Source: Octopus sinensis
Taxonomy: Eukaryota
NCBI RefSeq assembly: GCF_006345805.1
Contig: NC_043017.1
Coordinates: 15,996,001-16,060,000, forward strand
Direction of reading: 5' to 3'
DNA length: 64,000 bases
Below the pieces are notes generated by a model. It had not been told where the DNA came from. It saw only the letters and a program-made list of their open reading frames with translations, and did not search any database. Positions 37,635-51,200 of the stretch are shown here, one piece after another. The position numbers and the translations under genes were made by a program. How positions within the stretch are numbered: position 1 is the stretch's first letter; each line of letters starts with the position of its first letter.

Positions 37635-38880
37635 AATTTTTTTTTTCTCTAGTTTCAGCTCAGAGCTGCGGCCATGCTGATGCACTGCCGTTTTGTGCTA
37701 AACTGTTATTACGAAGAACTTCGTCTAATATGTGGCACTTGGTGAAGAATGGAATTTGACATAGCTACTCTCATTTGCACCTCCTGCCGTTAGGTAGGTT
37801 CATCTGGGACTCTCGACAGGAAGATGTCCAGCTTTGATTTAAAAACCCCCTACATCTACTTTGTGCAAGTTCCTCAGACTCTTTGGGAGAATATTAAAAA
37901 GATGTGGGCCCTTGAAACTCAGGCTGTTGCAGAAGCTGGTCCTGAAGCGTGATGGCATTGCTGGGATCTTTGGCACTATGCAGTGTCGTCCCGTTCTAGC
38001 ATTGGTGTAGCTTGCAATGCCAAAATTTGGCACAATTCCTTCCAGGACCTTCCAGACATATATTACTGCATACCTCTCCCGTCTTCTCTCCAGGGAGTAG
38101 AGTCTTAGCTGTTTCAACCTTTCCCAGTAGCTGAGCTGATGCAAAGAGACGATCTTCTTTGTGAATCTTCTCTGGATTGCTTCAAGGTCCGCTGTTAATT
38201 TTACACTGGTGGGTGACCATAGCTGTGAGCAGTAATCCAGGTGGCTGAGGACGAATCTCTGCCAGAGGACCACCATGGTTTTCTTATCTCTGGTTCTGAA
38301 TGTTCTAAGGATCCACCCAGCCAGTCGTCTGCACTTTGTTGCCATCCTGGCAATGTGCACTTGGAAAGAGGTATCATCACTCATGTCGATACCCAGGTCC
38401 CTCACAGACTTAGGCTCTGGGATTGAAATTCCCTGTGGACCGGTGTATCCTGTAAGTTTAATATTCACTTTTGGATGCTGGTAGTGCAGGGCCTGGAATT
38501 TTCCAGCATTAAACTGCATATTATTATCCTCAGCCCATCTGTAGATTGAGAACAACTCCTGCTGCAGGTGTGCAACATCGCTGGGGTTCTGCATTTTCTG
38601 CGAGACTTTCGTATCGTCTGCGTAGCTGGCCAGAGTGGCTATCCAGGCATTTGAGAGCATTTGAGAGGGCCACTATAAAAAGCAGTGGTCCCAAGACAGT
38701 GCCCTGTGGAACACCGCTCACTATTTGTGTGTTCATAGAGATGGCTCCATTAACCAATACTGCCTGACTCCTATCTTTCAGGAAGTCATGTAACCACACT
38801 CCAAGTTTTCCAGCTATGCCGAGGTCACGCAGTTTGTGGCATATCATACCATGATCCACCTTGTCAAAAGCTTTTGCAAA
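37635..38880 (-). mobile_element. 5'-truncated CR1/L2-like LINE (RT C-terminal half, 3' UTR, A-rich tail)
   Basis: [60 protein letters not shown]; one frameshift between ORFs 38530..38982 and 37839..38660. Confidence 0.92.
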
Positions 38881-38894
38881 ATATATATAAATAT

Positions 38895-38934
<40 letters not shown>

Positions 38935-39028
38935 GGTGCAGCCTTCGGGCTCCCCAGACTCCAGTTGAACCGTCCAACCCATGCTAGCATGGAAAGCGGA
39001 CGTTAAATGAGGATGATGATGATGATGA

Positions 39029-39029
<1 letters not shown>

Positions 39030-39073
<44 letters not shown>

Positions 39074-39387
39074 ATATAATTATATATACATATATATATA
39101 ATTATATATACATATATATATATATAATTATATATAATATATATAATTATATATACATATATATATATATAATTTTTTACATATATATATAATTATATAT
39201 ATATATATATATATATTCTCTGTTTATTTCCTCATATTCCTTTCTGTTGAAGAGCATAGGCTCAAAATGTAAAAGACTTTCATTTTTCCCGGGCGTCAGA
39301 CTAATACACCTGCTTTGTTGTTCATACACCTGTCTTCGTCTTTTGTTTTTCTGTAAATTTCAAAAAAATATATATACATATATGTTC

Positions 39388-39484
<97 letters not shown>

Positions 39485-39869
39485 CATATTATATATATAT
39501 ATATACATACATATATATATACATACATACATATATATATATACATACATACATATATATATATACATACATACATATATATATATACATACCTACATAT
39601 ATATATACATACATACATATATATATATAAATACATACATATATATCTATACATACATATATATATATATACCTATATATATATACATATATATATATAC
39701 ATACATACATATATATATACATAATATATATATATATATATACATACATACATATATATATATACATACATATATATATATACATACATACATATATATA
39801 TATACATACATATATTATATATATACATAATATATATATATATACATACCTATATATATATATATACAA

Positions 39870-39901
<32 letters not shown>

Positions 39902-39944
39902 CATATATACATATTATATATATATAATATATATATATATACAC

Positions 39945-39975
<31 letters not shown>

Positions 39976-39998
39976 CAATATATATATATATATATTAC

Positions 39999-40037
<39 letters not shown>

Positions 40038-40062
40038 CATATATTATATATATATATATATA

Positions 40063-40098
<36 letters not shown>

Positions 40099-40120
40099 TA
40101 TACATAGATATATATATATA

Positions 40121-40173
<53 letters not shown>

Positions 40174-40189
40174 GATATATATATATATA

Positions 40190-40235
<46 letters not shown>

Positions 40236-40236
40236 C

Positions 40237-40267
<31 letters not shown>

Positions 40268-40274
40268 CATATAT

Positions 40275-40341
<67 letters not shown>

Positions 40342-40520
40342 GATATATATATATATATATATATAACATATATATATATATCTAATATATATACATATAT
40401 ATATATACATATATATATATATATTATACATATATATATATATATATTATATACATATATATATATATATTATACATATATATATATATATTATATATAT
40501 ATATATGATATGATCTGAAT
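39030..40520. repeat. About 1.5-kb (AT)n-rich compound microsatellite, with one repeat fragment near 39215-39365
   Basis: Direct reading. Confidence 0.95.
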
Positions 40521-40605
40521 GATATGATATATATGTAAAAAATGTAATATATAAATAAATATCTATAAATATGAACCATCCGATCTGATTACCTCATTTT
40601 TTCTA

Positions 40606-41919
40606 ATATATATATATATATATACGCATATATATATGTATATGTATATATATTTCTTTATTGCCCACAAGGGGCTAAACATAGAGGGGACAAACAAGGA
40701 CAGACAAAGGGATTAAGTCGATTACATCGACCCCCCCCCCCCCCAGTACGAAACTGGTACTTTATTTATCGACCCCGAAAGGATGAAAGGTAAAGTCGAC
40801 CTCGGCGGAATGTGAACTCAGAACGTAACGACAGACGAAATACTGCTAAGCATTTTGCCCGGCGCGCTAACGAGTCTGCCAGCACACCTATGTATATGTA
40901 TATATACATACGTATATGTATATATACATATATGTATGTTTATTTATGCATATATATATATATATACATATATATGTATGCCAGCACCGCCTCGTCTGGC
41001 TTCCGTGCCGGTGGCACATAAAATACACCAATCCGACCGTGGCCGTTGCCAGCCTCGCCTGGCACCTGTGCAGGTGGCACGTAAAAAGCACCCACTACAC
41101 TCACGGAGTGGTTGGCGTTAGGAAGGGCATCCAGCTGTAGAAACACTGCCAGATAAGACTGGAGCCTGGTGCAGCCTTCTGGCTTCCCAGATCCCCGGTC
41201 GAACCGTCCAACCCATGCTAGCATGGAGAACGGACGTTAAACGGTGATGATGATGATGATGATGTATATATACATACATATATGTATGTTTATTTATGTA
41301 TATATATACATATATATATATATGTTTATATACATATGTATATGTATATATACATATATATGTATATATACATATAAATGTATATATACATATACATATG
41401 TATATAAACATATATATATATGTATATATATACATAAATAAACATACATATATGTATATATACATATATATCTATATAGATATAGATATACATAAATAAA
41501 CATACATATATGTAAATATACATATATGTATGTATGTATATATATATATATATATATGTATATAGATATAGATATACATAAATAAACATACATATATGTA
41601 TATATACATATACGTATGTATATATACATATACATAGGCGTGCTGGCAGACTCGTTAGCGCGCCGGGCGAAATGCTTAGCAGTATTTCGTCTGTCGTTAC
41701 GTTCTGAGTTCAAATTCCGCCGAGGTCGACTTCACCTTTCATCCTTTCGGGGTCGATAAATAAAGTACCAGTTTCGTACTGGGTGGGGGGGGGTCGATGT
41801 AATCGACTTAATCCCTTTGTCTGTCCTTGTTTGTCCCCTCTATGTTTAGCCCCTTGTGGGCAATAAAGAAATATATATACATATACATATATATATGCGT
41901 ATATATATATATATATATA
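40606..41919. repeat. Fold-back inverted duplication: ~340-bp arms (40606-40948 and 41577-41919), each a family A SINE plus flanking microsatellite
   Basis: Arms share a private poly-C expansion and the flanking TATACGCATATATATATGTATATG; 4 substitutions in ~120 bp of SINE body. Confidence 0.9.
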
Positions 41920-41939
41920 CACACACACAAATATATGTA

Positions 41940-42450
41940 TGTATAGTAGGAATAACAGCTAAATCTTTCTCGAACAAAAGGGCCTTATAAAATGTGATGT
42001 AAGTAAGGCTTTGCCGCAATGCTTTTGATCAAAGGTCAAGTGGATAAAAACTAACCTGGGCCTAGGGCTAAACACCAAAAAAGGAAATATTTGCATTAGA
42101 TAATGTAGTCCGAGGTACACCATGCCAGAACAATAGAATAGGTTTGGTCACAGCTGTAACAAGTTTCGTTGCAGGTTTGTTGAACTGGCAACTGACCCAG
42201 GGTTAAACAGCAAGGGAGTGTATATTAGATTATGTAGTCCTAGATACACAATGCCTGAATAAAAGACAGACATGTCACAGCTGGAGCATTTCTTGATCAA
42301 TGGCTTGCTAGATCCAAACTGACCTAGGGCTAAACAACAACAGAGGAAGATACATTAGACAATGTAGTCCCGATGGGATGGTCACAGATGGAACATCTTT
42401 TATCATAAATCTGTCTGGATCAGGACTTATGTGGAGATACCACCACCACC
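41940..42450 (+). repeat. Three to four tandem degenerate copies of a family E repeat tail (TAGATAATGTAGTCC...GGGCTAAACAAC)
   Basis: Motif recurs at ~130-bp spacing; single copies at 11185, 44680, 63620 and on the minus strand at 4780, 35090, 51250. Confidence 0.65.
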
Positions 42451-42954
42451 ACCACCGGGATCCTTATGGTTAGAAAGAGTTATTGCCACCCCTTCCCCGT
42501 CCCCTCTATTCTTAGAGTTCCTTCAGTTTTTCTAAGCCCTGTAAAAGAACTCAGAAGGCTGGACCTGCAGCTAGGCCTTTTGCGATACCCTTAAAGCCAG
42601 GAACTTCTCAGCAGCCCCTCATATATATATCTATAAAATACTTTAACATTACTCAATATGATTTCAAGTTCTGTAAACAGAAGATGTTTTAAGCTTTCTC
42701 AAATTTTTAAACTGATTTAATCAATTTATTTGTATCTCTGATGAAAGAAATGCAACAATTTGTATCAGTTGGAAAACTCGTCCAATACAAATGCACTTCT
42801 CAAAACGATCGTAAGGTTTTGTAATACTGCTTTTCTTTGGATTGTAAAACTGGAGCGCTTGAAACCTAACATCTTGATGAATTTTTTATGTATTTTGTAT
42901 TCCAATGATAAAGGAACTTGACTTACAAAAATCTGTCATCCACTTTGAGTTAGC

Positions 42955-43320
42955 TTGCTAACCAACCACATGGTTCCGGGTTCAGTCCCACTGCATGGCA
43001 TCTTGGGCAAGTGTCTTCTGCTATAGCCCTGGGCCGACCAATGCCTTGTGAGTGGATTTGGTAGACAGAAACTGAAAGAAGCCTGTCATATATATGTATA
43101 TGTATGTGTGTGTGTTTGTGTTTGTCCCCCTAGCATTGCTTGACAACCGATGCTGGTGTGTTTACGTCCCCGTCACTTAGCGGTTCGGCAAAAAGAGACC
43201 AATAGAATAAGTACTGGGCTTACAAAGAATAAGTCCTGGGGTCGATTTGCTCGACTAAAGGCGGTGCTCCAGCATGGCCGCAGTCAACTGACTGAAACAA
43301 GTAAAAGAGTATACATATGA
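42955..43320 (+). mobile_element. Family B SINE
   Basis: Near-identical to 20880-21295 in opposite orientation. Confidence 0.85.
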
Positions 43321-44113
43321 GAGGCTTCTTTCAGTTTCTGTCCAAGAAATCCACCCAGAAAGCTTTGGAGCTGTACCAGAAGACACTTACCAAAGGTGTC
43401 ACACTGTGTGACCGAAATGCAGCACTTCATCCGGTTCTGCATGTTCTGAGTTCGTATCCTGTCATGGTCATCTTTGCCTTTCGTCCTTTCACGTTCGATA
43501 GATGTGGGGGAACCAATTAATCGATCTGCCTCTCCCCTCAAAACTGATGGTCTTGAATCCTGCAATGGACAGGTGTCCCATTCATGGAGTATGTTGTGAT
43601 CTTGGTCGTTTATTTGTTTTTGGCCACAAGTGTTTTAGGGTTTAAGAAAAAAAAAAACCCTTCAACCAAAAAGAGGGAGATGAGTGGTTGTGTCTCTGCA
43701 ACACCCACCTCTGTCCTTATAAGAAAGAAAACTCTGAAAGTGGCAGTTCTTTTTTTTCTTCTTTGTTGTAAATGGACCTGGTACCCAACTATAATGACAA
43801 TGACCCTTTTTCTCACACCTTTCTCATATAACTTCATGTGGTACCTTTTATGTACCAGATGCAATAGATTTTAGGGAAGGAAGTTTGGCATTTTAAATGC
43901 ATACTGTTGTTGATCTCTTTTTCTATCTCCTTTCACAAGACATGTGAAGAACCCTGTTTGTCTTAATTCCTTCAGACATAATATAAATACCTAAGTTTGT
44001 CAGACACAAACTGTAATACACAAAACATGTAACCCCAAAAGGACATATTTAATCTCCTTCTGTTGACATCGTTGGGGTGTTTTAAACAACTTTATTCCTA
44101 TTTTATTAACAAA

Positions 44114-44236
44114 GGTCATAGGATGGGCCTTCTCACAGGGTACTTGCCACAGGACAGACCTTCTTTTGGGGTACTTGACATAGAATGGACCTTCTTTTGG
44201 GCTACATGACATAGGAGGGACCTTCTTATGGGGTAC
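44114..44236. repeat. 31-bp minisatellite x4 (GTACCCCAAAAGAAGGTCCATTCTATGTCAA-like, minus strand)
   Basis: Four aligned 31-nt units. Confidence 0.8.
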
Positions 44237-45319
44237 TCTTTGAAAATTTTTCCAATATAACACCCATCTATGTCCCCATATGTTGTAGCTAGATTGTCAC
44301 CCCTATGCTGGGTTTACTGATTCTTTTGAAGGGTCTTCACCTTGCTCTGCTGGGTTTCTATCAACTTTCCTGGCAGTATTGTGTCACTGTAGTTACTGGC
44401 GACAACCAGACCAGGTAACAGGTTGTATTGGATCATGTCTTACCTGTAGCACTCACATTGACCTCGTATATAACTAGACATACGTGAGTGTGTGTATTAT
44501 ATACGTACACATGGGTGTGTATTGCTATGTGTCTATATTTGTGTGTGTGTATTTAGACATTCTTGCACACAGGAGTTGCTCAATACAAATCATACCCCAC
44601 ACCACCACCACTGCCACTACCACCACCACCCTCACCCCAACCACATCACTACACAGATGTCAATATGGAAGCTACCATATGGTCACTCAACCTGCTAGAA
44701 ATGGCAGTCGTATCTGCCTAAAATAACACATAACTGTCTTAAATTACAACCCCACCCCTCAAAAAAAAACCCAGGTAATGTAGTCCCAGGTACACAACTC
44801 CTGAAAAATGAAATGACATGATGGTCATGGCTGGAACTCCCTTCATCTTCTGGGGCTAAACAAGAACAACGACATCCACTTCCCCCCCCACTCATTAAAC
44901 ATATAAGGGTGGCAGTGACAAGTACTTAACTGATCTACCCTAACAACTGCGTGGGTGGCTGGGTCGCCTGGTGTGTGTGTGGAGTTAGGGGTGTTGGTAC
45001 ACCACAATACACTTGTCACCTCCATTAATACATCTCCACCCCCCACCCCATACACACAGACAGACGTACAAACACTGTAGTAGTAGTAGTAGTGGTGGTG
45101 GTGGCAGTGGTGTATACATTCCACTGTAGTTAGTTGCACAAATCATGCACCCTATTGGCATGTGTATATATGTGTGTAGATTATTCTGCCCACACATACA
45201 ATGTGTATGCAGAATAGTGGGAGGAAGGGGGAAAGGAAGAGGTGGTGGGAAATTAGGACATGGCCTGAGCTACTCAAAGTCAAAACCTATCAGACATTTC
45301 CTTTGTATGTATGTATATA

Positions 45320-45815
45320 TACCGTAAATCCTCGAGTATAGTCCCCCCTTGAGTATAATACGCAGGGGGATTTTTAGGGGGTTTTACCTCTTAAAAACCT
45401 AAACCTTGTGTATAATACGCACCCCCTCTCTAACTTGAGTCAAGACAGTCTATATAACATCCTTGGTTTGTAAAAATGTCTATGTTACCATCCTTTATTA
45501 TTATTGTATATATAACAAAATGCAAACGTGTAGCTTTTTTGTGTATTTTGTTTGCAGAAAATAAAGAAATAACAGTAATAACGTTCAATAAATTTTGCTT
45601 GGTGCAAGTTATGGATGGTTCTTTTATGAGTTTATTTGCTTTCAGGCTTAGCTTGAGGTATTTTCACACCCGACATCACAAAATGCGTCTGAATAAACAT
45701 TGCTGGACAGCAAAGAGACTCGGACATTGCTTAGAAAATATTTTTCATTTTAAACCTCGTTTATAGTATGCTCTAGGGATTTTGACCTTTAAATTTTGGG
45801 AAAAATTTATACATA
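45320..45815. mobile_element. pogo/Tigger-like MITE remnant
   Basis: TA-CCGTAAATCCTCGAGTATA left end with internal repeat GTATAATACGCA; right end not intact. Confidence 0.4.
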
Positions 45816-45844
45816 CATATAAATACACTCACACATATATATGA

Positions 45845-46150
45845 GTGAAAGTGCATGGCTCAGTGGTTAGAGTGACATGTTCACAATCACGGAGTAGTGA
45901 GTTCGATTCTTGGACTGGGCTGTGTTGTGTCCTTGAGCAAGACACTTCATTTCCCATTGCTCCAGTTCACTCAGCTGTAGAAATGAGGTGCCAAGCTGTG
46001 CCTTTGCTTCTCCTTTGGAATAACATCTTTGGTGAGATGAGGGGATGCATGGGTGACTGCTGGTCTCCCATAAAACAACAATGCCTGGACTTGTGCTTCA
46101 GAGGGGGACTTTCTAGGTGCAAACCCTGTGGTCATTCATGACCAAAGGGG
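45845..46150 (+). mobile_element. tRNA-derived SINE, family D (TGTGTCCTTGAGCAAGACAC core)
   Basis: A-box TGGCTCAGTGG, B-box GAGTTCGATTC; related minus-strand copies at 24180-24380, 48090-48300, 56880-57120. Confidence 0.75.
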
Positions 46151-46421
46151 TCTTATATACCTAAGATGCACATGAAACCAGGGAGTACAATTATATTTCA
46201 TCAAAGGCAGGTGTTTAACCATTGAGAGTACACAATGCTGGTGCTATCACTATATCTATCTATACATGAATTAAGACAAATAGGAATTTGAACTTCAAAT
46301 ACCCTATATATGTGTGTGTGTGTCCAACCCATGCCAGCATGGAAATGGATGTTGAATGATGATGATATAGACAGGCATAATTGACAATGGGAATGGTATC
46401 CAGCCACAGAAACCTCTTTAA

Positions 46422-46630
46422 CCCTTTAGCATTGAAACCAGCCAAATCCAGGCCAAACATTCGTCCTATTTCACGTTCAAAGCAACCGGATTTGGCCTCT
46501 CACTGCTGCCCCACAAAAATAAACAATCCCATCATTGAAATCTCAGAGCTACGAGATAATGCATGATTCACTGAAGCCAGTTGAATAAATGAACATTGGA
46601 TTTAAAAGAGTAAAACTGAACACAAAAGGG
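46422..46630. mobile_element. piggyBac-type MITE
   Basis: TTAA-CCCTTTAGC ... AAAAGGG-TGAA; same family as 62366-62586 in the opposite orientation. Confidence 0.6.
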
Positions 46631-49600
46631 TGAAAGCAGACCCTTATTTGCTAGATGCCACTGACCCATCCAACCCGTGTCAGCCTGTTTGGTTTATTGG
46701 GTCTCAATAGATCCAATGTTCCAGTTTACCTTACTAAAATTGTGAGGATAGAGTTAATATGATGATGATGTACACTATTGTACAGGAAGGGGTCAGTAGG
46801 AATAATTAGAATATTTCTATTTTAAAAAAAGGGACAAGGATGTGGGACTAAGAGGCTTGCTTTGGAACCAGATGGTCCGAGTATTTGAAACCAGGTTCGC
46901 ATCCATTCATGTACTTCCACTCTTATGTCATACATCGTTAAGAAGGTTGTTTGCCAATCATGTGGTTTTATGGTAATTTCCAGCATTTAGAGCAAGTGCC
47001 TTAGCTTTGGGCTGATCAAAGTCTTGTGAGTGAATTTGGTAGATGGAAACTGAAAGAATCCCATTGTATACATGTACATGTGCAGCCATGTCTTGATATC
47101 AGATGGTGGTTGTAAGTGAAGTGAGGTGTCCCCATCAGATAAGAGATGTTGTTTGTTTCTAGTCTTCGGTAAAAACGTTTGGCTACAGGGAAATATTAAT
47201 TTGTTTGGACAGGTTCCTTTTATCACCTGAAAATCTTTGCCGTTTCTCTTGTATCCTTTCAGTTGTGGCTGTTCTTTAGTGTTGCAGCTTTGAAGCAACC
47301 CTATGAATGCTGGGGGTGGGTGAAAAGCACCCAGTAACTAGATTCTATAAAGTGGTTGGTGTTAGGAATGACATCCAGCTGTACAAACCATGTCAAAAAG
47401 GGTCAGTGATGTAATCCACTGCATCAGATCCTGTCCAGTTTGTACCAACATGGAAAGTGGACATAAAATGATGATGATGATGATATAGTCTGTATCTCAG
47501 GGACTACAAAGTTCAACGTGTCCTTTTCAGTCTGACTTGAGAAATTTTGCTACCATTTCTAACAGGTCAGACAACCCCACACAGGGTTCAACTTTTTGTT
47601 TCTTTTTCCTGTTTTTCCTTTTTCTCTAATTGTGTATTTTTCCCATCAAGAATCACTTGGTTGTATGGCAGGAATGGAACCAGTTTAGTCAGTCAGGTCA
47701 CTACAAAAACAATAATTAAGGAAAAACCTATATTTACCTTACCCCAGGGACAAATAGGGGGGAGGTGTTGTGTTTTAAGCCAAAATTGTATAAACACAAA
47801 ACGTCTCACCTTTCAGGTTGTGTCTTTCACACTCACAAACTTGTCTTAATTAAAGAAATTAGCTTAGACACATCATGCTAATTATATACACTGTAAATAT
47901 ATATATCGAAGCCTTGTGATTGAATTTGGTTGGCAGAAGTTGCTGTTTGTGTTACCTTTAATAGATTTAAACATTTCTTGGTGTGCAACGGATTGACTTG
48001 TCTACACCTACCACGTTCACTGGTCTCTTTCAATTATCATCATCATCATCATCAATCCCTGGACTTTACTGTCTTATGTTCTGGGATGTATAGGGTCAGT
48101 TGTCTGGTTTCCATGGCTTGACCAAGCTCGTTCCCTTTCCCCCCTGAATGGGAGTCACAGGGTTGTCACTCGTTTACAGGGGAGTGGACTGGAGCAACGT
48201 GAAATAAAGGGTTTTGCTCAAGGACACATCACACTGCCCAGTCCAGGAATTGAAACCACAATCTTGTGATCATGAGTGCAACACCCTAACCACTAGATTA
48301 CACACCTTCCTTTTCTTTGGATGGTGGAGTTATTTTTGTTGCTGTGTAAGGGGAGAAGTTGTCAGCCAGCCCCTAGCCCAACCATTTCTTGAAAGAGAGA
48401 GAATTGGCCCCACAAGGAACAAAGAGAAAGCTGATGTTGGTGAGATTCGAACCCAGAACAAGTAACATAAAACATTTGTCTGACTTTCCAATGTTTCTGT
48501 CAATCAACCAGCTCCCTCTTTAGATCCCCTCAACCATGTTATACACACCCTCCACTTCATATACACTCGGTCTGTCTGGTACCCCTGACATCTAAGTGTG
48601 CTGTACAAGTGCCACACTCCACCCCAAACCACGTCTGTCTCTGTTACAGTCTTGGCTAATGATGTTCTTGTCCGTTTCCTGATGTTGTCCACCTCCCTAC
48701 TTCACTTCTCTGAATCGTCTTAGCAATGCCACTGAATCTTGCCCCATGGCTATAAATTGCCTACACAATTTATATACAGACAGGGGGCAGGTGTGGCTGT
48801 GTGGTTGACTAGTTTGCTTTGTAACCACAGGTCTTTGAGTTCGATCCCAATGTATGACACTTTGGGCAAATGTCTTCTATAGCCGTAGGCTCACCAGAGT
48901 ATTGTAAGTGGATGTAGTAAACAGAAACTGAAAGAAGCCCTTCACATGTGTGTGTGACTGTTGTATGTCACCTTGTCTTGATATCCTGTGAAGGTTGTAG
49001 ACAAGCATCACTGTCTTATGAGATGGTGTTCACCTCTGCTCCTTTGTAAAAAAAAAAACCATGTCTGGCCATGGGGAAATTCTGTTACTTGGAAACAGGT
49101 GAAGTTTGGTGACAGGAAGAGCATCCGGCCTTAGAAAAACTGGCTTAAGGAGTTTCATCTGACCCAAGCAAGTATGGTCAAGTGGATATCAAGCATCAAC
49201 ATTTAATGTTTATTTTTCATGCTGGCATGGGTTGGTAAGGCCAGGGGCCGCACTAGGTTTCATAATCTGTTTTGGCTTGGTTTCTACAGCTGGATGCCCT
49301 TCCTAAAGCCAACCACTCCAGAGTGTGTACTGGGTCCTTTTTTATGTGGGACCATCACAACATGATGATATATATTTCAACATGTATAACCGTTAATCCA
49401 GATCCTTTTTTTTCTCTTTCCATTTGTTTTTACTTTCTGTTGAAGAGCCAAGGTTCATTCATTTTCCCCACCGAGTGTCAAACTAACACACCTTGGTTTT
49501 TTTGTATACACACACACATTATATCCACATCAGCAAAGGTTCTCAACCGTCTTTTACTTGATTTCTGTTTTACTCTGGTGGACGCTCCCCCTCCAGCCCC

Positions 49601-49869
49601 TACCTAGCCATTTGCTATTAAAAAGGTAGTTTTATAGAAACTCTTTTTAAAATTCCTATTTTTTTGGTTCCCCATTCCCTTGTCAAGGTTTGCAAATAGA
49701 TTTTCTGAGAGAACAGTTTTCCTTTTCTGGCAACATGTCAGACTGGAAGAAAGCAAAACTTTGGTCCTTTTGCTTGTGTGGATCCCCCCAAATCTTGTAT
49801 GGACCCTGGTCAAGAACCACAGCACAATGCTGCAAGTCATCATCAGTTAACATCCATTAGAGTGAATGG

Positions 49870-51200
49870 GTTGACAAAATGCTTAGCGGAATTTCTTCCG
49901 GTTCTTTATGTTCTGAGTTCAAATTCTGCTGAGGTTGTCTTTGCCTTTCATCCTTTCAGGGTTGATAAAATAAAGAGCCAGCTGGTTGAGCCCCAGATGG
50001 GAAGCGAGAGGGAGGGTTAATGTAACTGACTTACCCACCTTCTCTAAAATTGTCAAAAATCTGAAACCATTATTATTATTATTATTACCTCTTTGATTAT
50101 CTATGGACAAGATATCTCAAGAACCGCTGGATGAATTCAGATGAAACCTTCAGGGATGTTTGGCCTCATGACTGGCATGAACTGATTGGATTTTGGGATC
50201 AATCCAGTACCGGACAAGGATTCTGGATTATTTTTCCTGTTTTTTTCACTTAAATTTTGAGAGCGGTCAGGTTCATTTTTAACTTTCTCGTTTGTGAGAC
50301 CAGTCAATTTTATTTCAGATATTCTCATTTTAAAAATCCTCCCTGGCTAATCATTGAGAGGATGTTGGTGTTGCCTTGGCAGAGGTTTGTACTCTCTGAG
50401 TGCTCTTGTTATTATTATCATTATTATTAAGGTAGTGAGGTGGCAGAATTGTCAGCACACTGGATGAAATGCTTTGTGGCATTTCGTCCACCTTTATGTT
50501 CTGAGTTCAAATTCCACTGAGGTTGACTCAGCCTTTTGCAATCAATAAAATGAGTACTAATTGAAAACCGGGGTGGAAGTAATCGATGAGCCCCCTGGCC
50601 CCAAATTTCAGGCCTTGTGCCTATAGTAGAAAGGATCATCATCATTATTCAGGATGGGAAAGACTGAGTTGGTACAGTGCTTAGCAGCATTTCTTCAGGC
50701 TCTTGACATTCTGAGTTCAAATTCCACTAAGGTTCACTTTGCCTCTCATTCTTTCAGGGTTGATAAAATAAGAACCCGTAGAGCCCTGGGGCTCAATGTA
50801 ACTGACTCCCCCACCCACCCAAATTTCCAATCTTATGCTTATGATAGAAGACTGTGATTAAGGTGGAATTGTCGACATTTCAGGCAAAATGTTTAGTGAC
50901 ATTCCTTCCAGCCTCACGTTTTGAGTTCAAATCCTGCTGAGGTCTATAATATAAAGTACCAATTGGGCACCGGGGGCAATGTCATTCATTCGTCTCCTCC
51001 CCTAAATTCCAGGCCTTGTGCCCTTAAAGACTTATTTAGGACAGTGGACTGGTACAGTTCGAACATCAGATTAAATATTTTGCAGTATTTAATTATAAGT
51101 GTTTGTTCTGAGTTCAAACCCCACTCAGGTCAACTTTGCCTGTCTCATCCTCTTGGGGTCGATTTATACCCCCTTCTCTCTAGTGTTGTGCCAATGTTGA
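49870..51200 (+). mobile_element. Cluster of about five family A SINEs (+ orientation) with a Helentron/HINE-like element at 50085-50410
   Basis: Repeated GTTCTGAGTTCAAAT...CCTTTCAGGGTTGATAAA; 50085-50410 matches 58655-59574. Confidence 0.75.

Noticed and set aside
29367-41713. Dozens of [12 protein letters not shown] ORFs here and elsewhere in the window
   Set aside because: Translations of (AT)n and (AC)n microsatellites
44000-44263. 87-aa ORF with apparent internal repeats
   Set aside because: The underlying unit is 31 bp, not a multiple of three; non-coding minisatellite
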